Below the pieces are notes generated by a model that was given only the letters and a program-made list of their open reading frames with translations, had not been told where the DNA came from and did not search any database. Below are positions 12,575 through 26,051 of a stretch of 64,000 nt of DNA, piece after piece. The stretch's first letter is position 1; each line of letters starts with the position of its first letter. The DNA is taken from contig NC_068984.1 of the NCBI RefSeq assembly GCF_001194135.2, forward strand, positions 19,139,873-19,203,872. Direction: 5' to 3'. A program made the position numbers and the translations under genes. This DNA is from Octopus bimaculoides. Lineage: Eukaryota.

Positions 12575-13960
12575 TAATAATAACAATCCTTTCTATTATT
12601 ATTATTATTATCATTATTATTGTTGTTGTTGTTGTTTTACATCTCAGAACACTTGGTGTCCTGGTAGATTCTGTAAGAGCAGACAGCAGCCTGCTGTCAG
12701 AGGTCTCACAGGGTCTCTTTCTGCACATTATAAGCTGTGATACTTGCTTGTTAATTATCGTGGGATACTTCTAACATTGAAGTACCAATCTCAAAATCCT
12801 AGCTGACCCCAGCAGAGAAATTATTGCCTGCTCTGATGATAACTGTTATAACTTTCACTTTTGTTGCTGGGCGTCTCTACATTTTAATATCCCTGCTTTT
12901 AAATCTGTATATTTCAAGATCTTCCTCTATTTCCTTGTCTACAATGTTTTCACTTGAAGGGTTTGCAACATCTATTATGAAGCATTCTCTTTTTTATGCC
13001 AAATATAATAATATCCTGTCTATAGTGTTAAATTTTTCTGTCTGTCTGGATTTCAAAATTTTGGTTTACCATGTTCAATTACCTCCCTTCCTGGTACCTG
13101 ATTGTACCACTTGTATGAAGTGTTGTATCCCTATTTTTTTAGAAAATGAAAGTGTAAACTGCAACTAACCTTATCTTGGCATCCTTTGTATTCTTTTAGT
13201 GCTAATATTTTGCCGCCTGTTACAATATGCTCAATAATTACTACTCCTTGATTACATAGGCAACACTTGTTCATTGAAGGAGAGGAATAAATACTCTTGC
13301 TCACCAAAGTAATGTTTAGAATTTGATTTTGAGCAGCCACCAACAAACTTTCAGTTTCCCATTTTAAATCTCCGCTCTGGAACTAATATGATGGGTCAGG
13401 ATTTTCCACAATTTTGGTATCTCTATGGAATTGTCCATGTAATTACAATTCTTCCAATATTTCCTTTCATTCACAAATTATCCTGCTTTTGCATGTTTTC
13501 CTCTCTTCAAGCTCCACACTAATCCTAGTTTTATTGCTGCATGTTTAAACAGTTCTTCTTCACTTTTTGCAAAGCAGTGGTTTACTGATCTTTGCTCTTC
13601 ATTCACACAAGCAGAAATGCTAATAAGTCTTTGCCTTGCAATCTTCCTTTTCACAAATAAACGACTGACATTTGCCTTTGGATGAAGTGTTCCATGCATT
13701 TGTCTGTTGAATGCCTGCTTCTTTTTAAATTTTTTTTGTCAATTCACTATTCCAGCACTGTATCGCATGACAGCAACCACTCATGCATTGATCATATTTA
13801 TCAAATTTCTTGAATTATATTCGGACTTCAATACAAGCTTTAATCTTTTTAGATATATTATTTTCTTTCATTTCCTTCATTTCCTTACATATAGTATCAT
13901 TGAGTTCCAATATACCTAGATATTTGTTTCCATTATACCACTGGATTTCAGTACACCAAG
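12575..13960 (-). mobile_element. R4/Dong-like LINE, longer decayed 3' fragment
   Basis: HGTLHPKANVSRLFVKRK (RT C-terminus), CCLCNQ...IEHIVTGGKILALKEYKGCQDKV (decayed CCHC knuckle), then the RLE region. Confidence 0.85.
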
Positions 13961-14080
<120 letters not shown>

Positions 14081-15160
14081 TTCATCATTATGTCCTACAA
14101 GTAGTTTCATGTGATTTTTTTTTCCACAGTGCCATCAAGTGCACTATATTCATTATTGTTATTATTATCAATATGTTTGTTTAATTTATAAAAACAATTG
14201 CAAACGAGATAGCAATTACAGTATCTACGAAAACAACAAAAACAAAAATAAAAGTAAAACCATAAGTGTATGAATCTAACGTTTTCTCCAATTATGGCTT
14301 CAGGTTCTCTCAATGAAAATATTTGTTGCTTATATAATTTCATTTACAAGTCAAAATAAATGAAAACAAGATATAAAAACAAATAAACAGCAAATCAAAC
14401 CAACAACAGACTACACAGACTGAATAATTTCTTAAGAATTAAATCAATACCATTTCATTGAATTTTGTGGCGCTGAGATGGTAGGAAGAATATATCTGAA
14501 GAGAATCATGATGTTTGGAAAAGTTTAGAATAGTTTTACCTGTATTAATGACCTTTAAGTTCTCTTAATGACATGTAATTAATAAACTGGCTTGACAAGG
14601 AGTGTATATATTAATGACTATACTAGTTTTCTATCGATAGGTTTTTTTTTTCTTCTCTTAAAGTTTTCAAATAAATTGTTGGTCTCTAAATTAAATTTCT
14701 TTGTTTGTCACCAGTGAATGAATGGTGAATACATGTTTTATATTCAAATGAAGCAAAGAAAAAAATAAAAATAAAAAAATAAATATGAAAACTTGGTGAA
14801 GAAGAACCATTTGGTCCCAGGTTCAATCCCATTCTGTGGCACCTTGGCCACTGTAGTCTCATTACAAATATATTATTGTTTTACATCAACTCTTCCATGT
14901 TGACATGAGTCACTTAGGAATTTTCGTTCATCTCATCTTCTTATTTTACTTATTTCTGGGAATGTTGTAGGGTCAGAGTCCTTAAGCACACCTTCCATCA
15001 GATCCTGTCAGAAGGAACTTTCCCCAAGTGATACCAACTGAGCTCATGGATGTTATCCAACCATGGTCTATCTCTGCATCTCCTGCTGGTTTGTTTTGCC
15101 TGTAAAATTTGTCCAGGAATTATGTGTGTGTGTGTGTGTGTGTGCATGCGCGCATGCACA

Positions 15161-15215
<55 letters not shown>

Positions 15216-15462
15216 NNNNNNNNNNNNNNNNNNNNNNNNNNNNNNNNNNNNNNNNNNNNNNNNNNNNNNNNNNNNNNNNNNNNNNNNNNNNNNNNNNNNN
15301 NNNNNNNNNNNNNNNNNNNNNNNNNNNNNNNNNNNNNTATATATATATATATATTAGATTGGAGTCTGGTGTAGCCATCTGGTTTGCCAGTCCTCAGTCA
15401 AATCGTCCAACCCATGCTAGCATGGAAAGCGGACGTTAAATGATGATGATATATGTATGGTT

Positions 15463-15590
15463 GAAATTTACAGGAAAACAAAAGATGAAGACAGGTGTAT
15501 GAACAACAAGCAGGTGTATTAGTTTGACGCTCGGGAAAATGAAAAAAATCTTTTATGTTTCGTGCCTACGCTCTTCAACAGAAAGGAATA
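15463..15590 (-). mobile_element. Penelope-like terminal fragment with hammerhead-like motif (third family)
   Basis: Minus strand: CTTT-CTGTTGA-A-GAGC-gtag-GCAC-GAAAC-AT-A-AAAG followed by about 90 bp shared with 22726-22852. Confidence 0.55.
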
Positions 15591-15973
15591 ACAAAAAATA
15601 AACAGAGAGAGGATAAAAAAAACTTGTGGATTTAGCAATCAAGCATGGCAGCTGGCTGAGGAAAAAATGGTTTGACAGGAGAAGCAGAAAGAAGGGAACA
15701 TTAGCAATCTGCTAAATCATCCATAGATTTTTATGGTGAATATATATACTCTGATAGGGAAGCTAGTCTGGAATCAACCAAATGAGCTGAAATAGCCAAA
15801 AATAGCCAGTCTGTCTAAGGAATTCTCAGTTCAGTGTTCAGGGCAATTGCAGCCCCTATCAGAGTACATGTTATGTGCTTTGTAACAGCATTGGAGCACT
15901 TTAGCTCCTATTTCTAGCAATGTAGTTATTATTCACACCCTTAGTCAAGTTTTGTCAACAACTATAATTTTCC

Positions 15974-16016
<43 letters not shown>

Positions 16017-16911
16017 ACTGTCTCTTTACTACCATCTCATCTCCTTCCTCATTACTGTGCCATGATGCCTATGTAATAAGGGATGGCACTGGAATAGTCC
16101 ATATTTAACACAACCAGCATCCTTATCTCCTTGCCTCTCTCTCTTTCATGATGCCTGTGTAATGTTCATATCTAATACATCCACCCATCACCCTTCTGTA
16201 CTGCTAATCATCATTCTTCTCTCCCATGTCACTCCCTTTTAGAATAGAGCCCAGCCCTACTACTACCCATCACTTACTCTCTTACCAGCAAAAATGCAGT
16301 TGCCATTACTGCTTCTCTTCCATCATTCTTCACTATTACTGTCTCTGTTTTATCATTCCCTCCAGCACAGTGTCTTCCATAACTCCATGCTGCACTCTCC
16401 CCTTCCATTATTCCTACTCTATCACTTTCTTGTCCTAATCATTCTGCTTTTCCTATTATATTATCTCTTCATTCACCCTCTCACACCTAGTTTATCTTCT
16501 GCTATTGCCCTCTTTTCTATTTGCCTGCTTGGTTGTGAGTGAATACTAGGGACTCTTTAATCTTATGAGATACAAGGTAACCTCACTGGTGCTGATGCCA
16601 TGATAAAATGTACCCAGTGCACCCTATAAAGTGATTGACGTTGAGAAAGACATCAAATTGTAAAAGCTATGTCAGATGGACTATACGAGCAAGACGTTGG
16701 CCTTCAACCCATCTAGGAGGATAGTGTTTTGAGTTTGATTCTTTTAGGTAGAAAGATAACTTAGCCATTCGATAGAGATCAATAAAATAAATAACAAACT
16801 ATAATAATGAATAATGAGCTTGATTGATTTCATTGACTATAACCCTTGAAAATGGTGTCCAAGTATGGTGGTAGTCCCATGAATGAAACCATTAAATGAA
16901 TAAAATAACAA

Positions 16912-16972
<61 letters not shown>

Positions 16973-18167
16973 GTTATTGCTGTGTAGCCCAAGGTCAGTT
17001 CTTATTATCTACCCAGCAGGCCTATAGAAACTGTAATTATATAGTAACTAGACATGTATGAATCACACAAAACATATCTTAATTTGTGTAAACAAGGTAT
17101 TTATCATTGAGACTTTACTACAGCTAAATAAGAGAACCCTGTTGCTATTAACAAAGAAATTGGAGCAAGTCAAGAAATGGAATCTGCCTAGGGCCACAAC
17201 ATGGTGCCTACATAGTGTAGTTTCAATTTTTTTAATTACATTATAAATATCTATTATATCTTATTTACAAGAAATGTAATTCACCTGTTTTCCCAAACTA
17301 ATTCTGTTTTCTAAACAAAAATCCATTAAATTAAATCTATAGTAAAAAAAGACCCCAAAAACAAAAGGAACATGAAGAGTTATACGTTATTTGGCTGATG
17401 GGTCAAAAGCAATGATTTCCAATAAAATATTGGAATAATGGGCCAAATTTGATTTTAAAGTATGAATGATACTCACTCCTAACAACTCCCACACTGTCTA
17501 CATGCACAACACAAACACAATTGTAGGAGAGCATGTTATCTATCAGTCTAGTTATACATTTATACACTCACACATACATACATATAAATATATATGTAAA
17601 TAGCAACCATATACTTACTTGCTTGATTACATTTTTCTGTACCTGCTCTAAGATAAGAACTCATTTCTTTGAGGAGTTACACAAATGCACTGAAACAATT
17701 TATATTGCCTCATTAATAAAAGAGATATTGCCTTTGCACATATAATATGCTAAGTACTTCACTGAATTAAGGTATATTTGATACTAGTCTGAAATTTATA
17801 TGTAGCATTTATACGTACATTGATTTTTATGCATATGTGCATAAAGATAAAATCGTTATTGTTCAAATATGTATATAAACAAAAAGCAAGCATTTGATGA
17901 GATTTGAATTCTTATCCATTGTTTATCCCTGTGGTATAAACCAGTTTGATATATAGGCTACTAGGATGTTAAATCAAGAAATGTGTACAACCAAGTCCTT
18001 CCTGGGGCACATCTTATACCATGTCTTAATATTCATAACCTATATATCTATTAATCCTAAATACAAGCTTACTCTTTGCACATTAAAACAAAATGTTATA
18101 TGAAAATTTCTCAGTTGTTATAGCAGAATTGTTTAAGTTATGAATCATAAGATATAGAAATAGTGAG

Positions 18168-18201
<34 letters not shown>

Positions 18202-18394
18202 GGCTTTGTGCAGAAATAAAATGAGGAGAAAAATATAGCAATGGAAACACTAATTACAGCATTCATAAATAGCACAGTGAACACAAGTATGTATATTCAT
18301 GTGAACATACATATGCATATGTATACACATACACACATATACGATTCGTGCTTATGCACACCATCATTAGTAGAATTATGTAATGCAAAATATA

Positions 18395-18966
18395 CAGGGT
18401 GGCCCAAAAGTAGGTTTACAGTTATTCAACTATCTCTTTCGCATTCATATATTAACAGTTTAGATCTTAATTATAAAAAATAAAAATGAAACCATTATTC
18501 AGCAAGATGGAGCACCTCCATATTATGCATTGACAGTAAGAGACTACTTTAAGCAAGCCTTTCCACAGCATTGGTTTGGAAGATGGGGAAGCATCGAATG
18601 GCCACCACATTCACCTGATCTGACACCAATGGATTTCTTTTTATGGGGTGTTGTAAAGAACAAGGTTTATGAGAAGAATCCCAAAACAGTAAATGAATTA
18701 AAAGATTACATTTCTGACACGTTCACTGAAATTGATGGAGATTGAAATTTGTACCGCACTGTGTGTCAGAGTGTTCTCAAGAGGTTTGAAGAATGCTGCA
18801 AATCTTGAAGGAAGACATTTTGAGCATCTGAGAGATTAAACATTGTCTGTTTAAGATGAGCATAAACAATATGATTACAAGATAGAAATTTAAATGTATA
18901 TAAATGTTTTAAAAGAAATTTAAAGTGCCTACGTGATAACTGTAAAACTATTTTGGGGCCATCCTG
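18395..18966 (+). mobile_element. Tc1/mariner-superfamily internal-deletion derivative
   Basis: About 31-bp TIRs CAGGGTGGCCCAAAAGTAGGTTTACAGTTAT flanked by TA. Transposase remnant FQQDGAPPYY...WPPHSPDLTPMDFFLWGVVKNKVY. Confidence 0.92.
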
Positions 18967-19626
18967 TATATATATTTCACTAAAACATTGTGATACTAAT
19001 AAGCTGGTGTAGAACTCAATATATGTATGCTTCTGAATGAAGCATTAGTCAAATACAGAAGCCAAGTACAATATGCCATTTTTGTCATGTTGCCTTAAAT
19101 AAAATATGTATACTTAACTCAGAATACTGAGTTACTCCTTCCTTATCACACATCCATCTCATCACTATCATACATATCTCTATCACTCATGCTTATCATT
19201 CTGTAAAGAAGAAGTGACAAGAAGCATGGGGTTCTGAGGTTCTTTTAACTGTGCTGAGGATATAGCTACCCCTTTTGTGCTGGTGTCATGAAAATGTACC
19301 CAATATACTCTGAGGTTGTGAGAGTCCTTTAGTCTTGCTGAGGACATGACACCTCTCTAGTGCTGGTGTAAAAAGAAAAACACCCTGTACAGTAGAAAAA
19401 AACAAGTTAAAAATGAAGTGTAAATTAAATGAGGTCCCTTAGTCCCTCCCTAAAATGCATGATGACTCTTAATAACCCAACTCATGCCAACATGGAAAGT
19501 GGATGCAAAATGGTGGTGATGATACATAAATGTGTGTGTTTGTGTGTGTGAATGTGTATACATAAATCTACAAGTGTGTAAATTCATGTATGTATATGTA
19601 CACACACACACACAATATATATATAA

Positions 19627-19936
19627 TACCGCCTGACTGGCCTTGTAGGGTTTTCGAGCGAGATCGTTGCCAGTGCCCCTGGACTGGCTCTTGTGCGGGT
19701 GGCACATAAAAGACACCATTTCGAGCGTGGCCGTTTTCGTGCAGGTGACACGTAAAAGCACCCACTACACTCTCTGAGTGGTTGGCATTAGGAAGAGCAT
19801 CCAGCTATAGAAACTCTGCCAAATTAGATTGGAGCCTGGTGTAGCCATCTGGTTGCACCAGTCCTCAGTCAAATCGTCCAACCCATGCTAGCATGGAAAG
19901 CGGACGTTAAACGATGATGATGATGATGATGATGAT
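19627..19936 (+). mobile_element. RTE-type (GAT)n-tailed SINE/LINE 3' end, young copy
   Basis: ...catgctagcatggaaagcggacgttaaac(gat)n; about 96% identical to 51447-51764. Other copies: 5258-5410, 15355-15450, 38795-38941 (+); 8755-8990, 25466-25942, 26422-26530, 60250-60550 (-). Confidence 0.85.
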
Positions 19937-20097
19937 ACATATATATATGTATGTATGTATATTCATAGTTTTTTTTATCTGTCATTTGTAGATGAAGCTA
20001 TAACAACTTCACATCATAATTTTTTCTGTGCCAAATAATATTAGATAGTCGCAAGTCCTTGCTGAACATTTTTATTTCGGAGATTTCCATCTCTTAG

Positions 20098-20389
20098 ATG
20101 AATTGTCTTCTGTAGGACTGGTGAGCACCATCTACCCTTTACTATATTACGGTATTGGATGGTTGTCGACTTTCCTGAGTTCCTCTGCCATTTGACAGTG
20201 TGTGTATACAAACACATAAACATATATATTCTTTTAATGATAGAACTCTGTTGATAGGATACCAGTGGTTTCATGTAATGTATTCACAATTATTCAGTCA
20301 TAGTTTGAGTAATAGTGGCAGTTTATGTACCTTGCTAGATGAGAGTGCTAAAGAGATTTTGTGTAATCATAGATGATACAAAGACAAAG
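20098..20389 (+). CDS. Two candidate small exons (20098-20120; 20339-20389) of an unidentified plus-strand gene
   Basis: ctcttag|...|gtgagc and cttgctag|...AAG|gtacca. The phase-0 junction gives ELSSVGL-MRVLKRFCVIIDDTKTK. Confidence 0.3.
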
Positions 20390-20565
20390 GTACCAGTCAA
20401 GTGACTAAAGGGAAGCAATTGATTTGGACTGCAATATTGGTTGCTTCCCTTATATTGTTGAGTACCAGTTCTAATTAGGGAGACTTTTGAGAGAGTTAAT
20501 ATATATTTGTATATTATAGAATAACACAATTGACAATTTATATATCACTTAAACATTTGTATGTA

Positions 20566-20627
<62 letters not shown>

Positions 20628-21894
20628 CACATATTGATGGAATATAATATATTGTACGTTATACACTGGAGTGGAATGCATGTTGTTACTATAATAAAAT
20701 ATTAGTGATGTCCAGGTTGAATGAAAACATCACCTATATTTAACCCACCTGAACTAAACCTAAAATATGTGGGCAAAGGAAAATGCTCTGGTTCAATCCA
20801 CCACCAAGTATGAATGTGGCAACACAGATGCTTCCTTACACTGGTCGATACTGATTTTCTGTGCTTACATAGCTATCAGAAAATATTACACAGAAAAACT
20901 GTTTAAGTTGCTTCCCAAAAATAGCAAGAGCAAAGAAAAAAAAAACTAAGTAACACACCCTGCCATGACTAAGCAACTCCAAATTTCTCTAAGAGAGTTC
21001 ACTAAGCAACAAATTCCTTAAGCTAACATCTTTGATAATGACATATTAGACTCACAATATGAAATTTACAGAGATAGAAGGAAACATAATGCTACATCAC
21101 TGTCCAAGTTTGTATGGAATATAAAGAAATGGATGTCTTACTGAAACGATAGTTGAATATTTTATGTTATCATTCCTTCCTTTAGCTACATGCTGTGACC
21201 ATGTTAAATGGTTTCTAGATTTAAGGTTAGTCAATTATATCAACCACTGTACTTAACTGGTACTTTACACCATTGATCATAGAGGGATGAAAGACAAATT
21301 TGACTTTGGAATTTGAATTTTGGGATGTAAAGAGTTGGAGAAAATACCATAAAACATTTTGTTTGATGCTCTAATGATTCTGCCAAAACTATTGGTATCA
21401 TGTTAAAAGTGCTTTACAAGTAACAGAAATTATTCATCCACTAGTTCAATGTGGAGCATTTATCCTTTTGTTTACACACATACGTGAACTAACTTATCTT
21501 TACATTTGAAGTAAAAACCAAGAATAATTTGAGAATATGATTCTACTTAAAATGACAATTATATATACTGTCTTATTTTTAAAATAATTTTACCACTTAT
21601 TGTGTATCAAATATTTTGGCATCCTTTACTTCCGATATGTTTTCTTGTACTCTGCTCTAAACCCAGTATTTATGTAGGGCAATATAGTTATAATTTTTTC
21701 CTAGTCTGTGTAGTTAACAAACTTGCTTCCCAAACATTTGTTTTCACATTGAGTCATGTATGGTATATAGGTCAAGTGTCTTCAACTATAGACCTGTGCT
21801 GACTAAATTCTTGAAAGTAGATCTAGTAGACAGTAATAAGCAGAAACGTATTGTATATGTATATACATAAATGTGTGTGTGTTTCCTTATATAG

Positions 21895-22891
21895 ACATCA
21901 TAGGATTGTTGTAGATAAGTGTCACCATCATACAAGGTATGTTGCTTGCTTTCTATCTTCTGTATAAACATATCTGGCTGTGGAGCAATATAACCTCATA
22001 TAGAAATGGGTGAAGTTTGGTGGCAAGAAGGACATCTGGTTTATCTGAGCCATGCCAAGTATGGAAAAGTAGATATTAAAAGGTGATGATATTTCTATTG
22101 CTTCAAGAAACGAAACTAGTAAAATAGTATTCCTTTATATTTAATTACACTCTATATGTAGTATTGAGTACTTTAAAAACATTGTTTTTCTGTTTTTTTT
22201 CTAAAACCTTTTATTCTTTATTATTTTAGCGATTTAACTCATTGCAATGTGGCTATACTAGGGTATTGCATTCAAGGGCTTAATCCTTTATATGAATCTC
22301 ATCATTTATTTTTAAGTCTGGTACTTATTTAATCTATGTTTGTATGTTTAATAGCTATGTTAGAAGATATAAATATAAATCAGATACACACATGTACATA
22401 CACACACACACATCTAAAATTTGTAATAATGAAGTCAAACCAAATAATGATATTTTGAAACCATTTAATACATACATTTCAGATCTGCATAACATGTAAT
22501 AAGAAATACATTCCCTTAGCCAGTCCTCACTCCATCTATGCAGATACTCTAACAAGAATTTAGAGTTGTTTGTTGCATTTAACTTGACTTGAAAATTCTG
22601 GTAATGTGCATTGCTTTCAAGCAATATAGATGTGATTTCATCATGTCGAAGCATTAATCAAGCACATTTTTTTTCTCTCTCTGTTTCTTTTTTTTTCCCA
22701 TTGTCATTTCTTTTTCCTCTCAATCCTTTTTGCCGAAGAGTGTAGGCTTGAATCATTGAAGACTTTTCCATTCTCTCTGAGTGTTAAACTAATACACCTG
22801 CTTGTTGTTCCTTCACCTGTCTTTGTCTTTTGTTTTCTGTAAATTTGAACTATAGATAGATAGACAGACAGACAAACAGATAAACAGAGAG

Positions 22892-22955
<64 letters not shown>

Positions 22956-24349
22956 ATGAACAGGCACTCTGTTATGATGACAAGTGTTCCAGTTGAACTG
23001 ATGAAGGGAACAGCCTGCTTCTGTAATTAATGTGCAAGTGGCTGAACACTCCATAGACTCGCATACCCTTAATGTAGTACTCAGGGAGATTCAGCATGAT
23101 CTGACAAAGCTGGCCCTTTAAATTAGAGATGCAACTCACCCTCGCCAGCTGAGTGAACTGGAACAACATGAAATAAAGTGTCTTGCTCAAGGACACAGCA
23201 CACTGACAGGAATTGAACTCATGACTTTACAATTGTGAGCTGAATATCCTAACCACTAAAACATGTGCCTTCACGATACACATATATGAGTTTCTGTCGA
23301 CAAAATTTCACTCATAAGACATTGGTTGACCTGAAATCATAGTAGACGGCTGCTGCACAAGATTGCCATATAAGACAGAACCTGAAATTATGTGTTCATG
23401 AAGGGAACTTCTTATCCACACAACTATGTCAGTGTGTATAATTAATTTTACCATGTGTGTATTGTATTACTGTGTGTGTGTTAATACATACATAGATACA
23501 TGCATACACAAATACACACACATATGCATGGGTGAACATTTGTCCTTACCAGAGAACAAAATTCTCTGAAATTTCTTAAATTACTGAGTTTAATGCTGGA
23601 GAAGGGAAGTAGAATGATAATATATAAGCATATATATTATCATTTAAATAGCAAATGTGATTAATAATGGAGATTTGACTGGTTGCCAAAAAAAACCCAC
23701 TAGAAATGCATCACACATTCATCTATTCAATTGTCATACACACAATGTGTGGTACATTTATTTTTCCACAAGTAAAAAGCATAATACTTTCATGTCTTTA
23801 GTATCATACATATAAAACACATGAAAGCATAGAGAGATAATTATAATTTTTTTCCATTGTTTGTCCATCTTTTAAACTACAGCAAATTCATTTTGTAGGG
23901 AAATAAATGAGCTGGTAACTGGAAATTCCTCAATAAATATTGAGGGATACATCAAGTATTCACTAATTTTGATTGTTAGTTTAAAATTGCAAAACACTAA
24001 TTGAATATTACACTTTTCTGAGAAACTCAGGTCACATCCTTCGGAGCCATTGATGTACAAGCTTGTGCGTTCTATAATGGATCAACCGACTTTATTATTG
24101 GTAATGTTTATCTCAATATTTGGAATGTGATTTTGCAATGCATATTTCCAATAATCTAAATATGTATATATATTGCAAGGATTGGATATTAGTTGGAATA
24201 AGTAATAATTTTTTATTTGGCTATACCCCTTGTAGTATGCTATTTAAAGCTTGTTCACAGTATTTGGCTACCTGATGTCATCACCAGTATGGTTATAAAT
24301 ATCATTGGATTTACTTCAGGAATTCCTTCATGTCTATAGAGTTTATAAT
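21895..24349 (+). CDS. Four candidate 3' exons (21895-21936, 23899-23955 or -23914, 24031-24100, 24320-stop) of an unidentified plus-strand gene
   Basis: Canonical splice dinucleotides and consistent phases: HHRIVVDKCHHHTREINELVTGNSSINIEGYIKSHPSEPLMYKLVRSIMDQPTLLLEFLHVYRVL*. An alternative donor gives ...REINELVTSFGAIDVQACAFYNGSTDFIIGIPSCL*. No homolog recognised. Confidence 0.4.
22726..22852 (+). mobile_element. Second, more decayed copy of the same Penelope-like terminal fragment
   Basis: Shares aaactaatacacctgcttgttgttc...cacctgtctt...cttttgttttc.tgtaaattt with the 15.5 kb copy. Confidence 0.55.
22963..23272 (-). mobile_element. tRNA-derived SINE, near full length
   Basis: Head tagtggttaggatattc...gagttcaattcc; central gtccttgagcaagacactttatttcatgttg domain. 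Confidence 0.85.
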
Positions 24350-25465
24350 ATATGAGAGAAAGAGAAAAGAAATGGAATTCATGAGATTCTTTATTAATCA
24401 CTACAATCATTTTGACTCCTTATATTGCAAGGATCTATTTTGAAAGTATGATATTTGGTTATGTAATGCACCTAGCACACTCTGTAACTGATGTGGCACC
24501 CATCTGTAGAGACTAAGCCAATAATGAAATATATAAACAAGATGTGGTCATCCAATTAATTTAGCAGGGTAGAAACACCTAGTAAAAACTGACTCTGGTC
24601 ATAACAACCTACTCAACCCATGACAGCATGAAAAGGGTTTGTAAACTGATAATAACAATAATGATAATGATTACAATGATGTGGATGATATATTTGTGTG
24701 TGTGTGTGTGTTTGTGTAAGTAAGCATGAATAAAAATGCAACCAAAAAATAAAAACAGAAAAACTAGGTAAGATGTTAGCAATAGTGAAAAGCAGTGAAA
24801 TGAATTACTTGTTTGAAGAAAGGACCTACCTAGTATTTCAGAACTTATATCCCTTCTTATGCATACATAGTAATCTTATTTAATGAATTCTATTGGCAGA
24901 AATCAAATTCATACATACATGCGCACGTGCGAGCGCGCATGCGCACACACACACATTTCAGATCTTGACAATAATGTAAGTAGTAGTGTTGTTTTGTATT
25001 CAAAAATTTGTATACTTTGATGTAAATAATATAGATTTATATATACATACATTTATGATATTTTTGCATATTTAATAATGAAAATATAATTACAGCATTT
25101 TTGCAGAATATAATTGTTTGGTTAATTCAATAGTCCTGAAGACTGCAATTAAACTGAACTAAAAAAAAATATGAGAGATACAATAGGGAGAAAGAGAAGG
25201 AAAGAGAGAGAGAAAGAAAGAGAGAGAGAGAACGACACAGAAAATAGAAGTAAGCAAACAAAAAACAGAATCTAGGTAGACGCAGGTTTGCTGTAAGGTG
25301 GGTGGAAGGGGATTTGTCTCAGACACTTAATGTTGTAAGTATGGAATCAATAGAGAAGAAATAAGAAAAAATATTTTTGTAATTTTTATAATCACTTGAA
25401 ACGATAAGTGATTAAAAATTTTTTTTAGCCTCTAACAAAACATATATATATATATATATATATAA

Positions 25466-25942
25466 TCATCATCATCATCATTATTTAACATCTGCTTTCC
25501 ATGCTGGCATGGGTTGGATGGTTTGACTGAGGACTGGCAAGCCAGGGCCCTGCATCAGGCTCCAATCTGATCTAGCAAGGCTTTTACAGCTGGATACCCA
25601 TCCTAATGCCAACCACTTTGAGAGTGTAGTGGGTGCGTTTTATGTGCCACCGGCACAATGGCCAGTCAGGTGGCACTGGCATCGACCATGCTCGAATGGT
25701 GCTTTTTACATGTCACTGGCATGGGGACCAATCAAGTGGTGCTGGCATTGACCATGGTGCTTTTTATGTGCCCCCGGCATGGAAGCCAGTCAGGCGGCAC
25801 TGGCAATGAGCATGCTTGAATGGTGCTTCTTATGTGCCACCAGCATGGAACCAGTCAGGCAGCACTGGTATCAACCATGCTTATATGGTGCTTTTTATGT
25901 GCCACCAGTACAGGAGCCAGTCCAGTGGGACTGGCATCGACA
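25466..25942 (-). mobile_element. RTE-type repeat with about five tandem 55-65-bp internal units
   Basis: The unit ggtgctttttatgtgccaccagcatgg..ccagtcaggcggcactggcatcgaccatg recurs across 25633-25942. Confidence 0.8.
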
Positions 25943-26051
25943 TATGAATGTTTCATTTTTGCATTTGGCTTGGAAGATTTTTTATGTGAATTCATGCGTT
26001 GAAGCAGATTTTGATGTGTCTTGGGAGGGTCATTATGTTAGTAATAAACAC

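Noticed and set aside
16000-16560. Pyrimidine-rich stretch with hydrophobic ORFs; similar Thr-rich low-complexity DNA at 34080-34320
   Set aside because: Decayed simple repeats with no splice or homology support.
22355-22654. Protein-like minus ORF (LLEYLHRWSEDWLRECISYY) with a GTATGT donor; the plus strand also reads ICITCNKKY...
   Set aside because: No minus-strand acceptor (purine-rich upstream); the plus version stops in all frames compatible with neighbouring candidates.
25633-25942. Regularly spaced repeats superficially like a CRISPR array
   Set aside because: Eukaryotic context, degenerate tandem units without unique spacers, and part of a retro-repeat.
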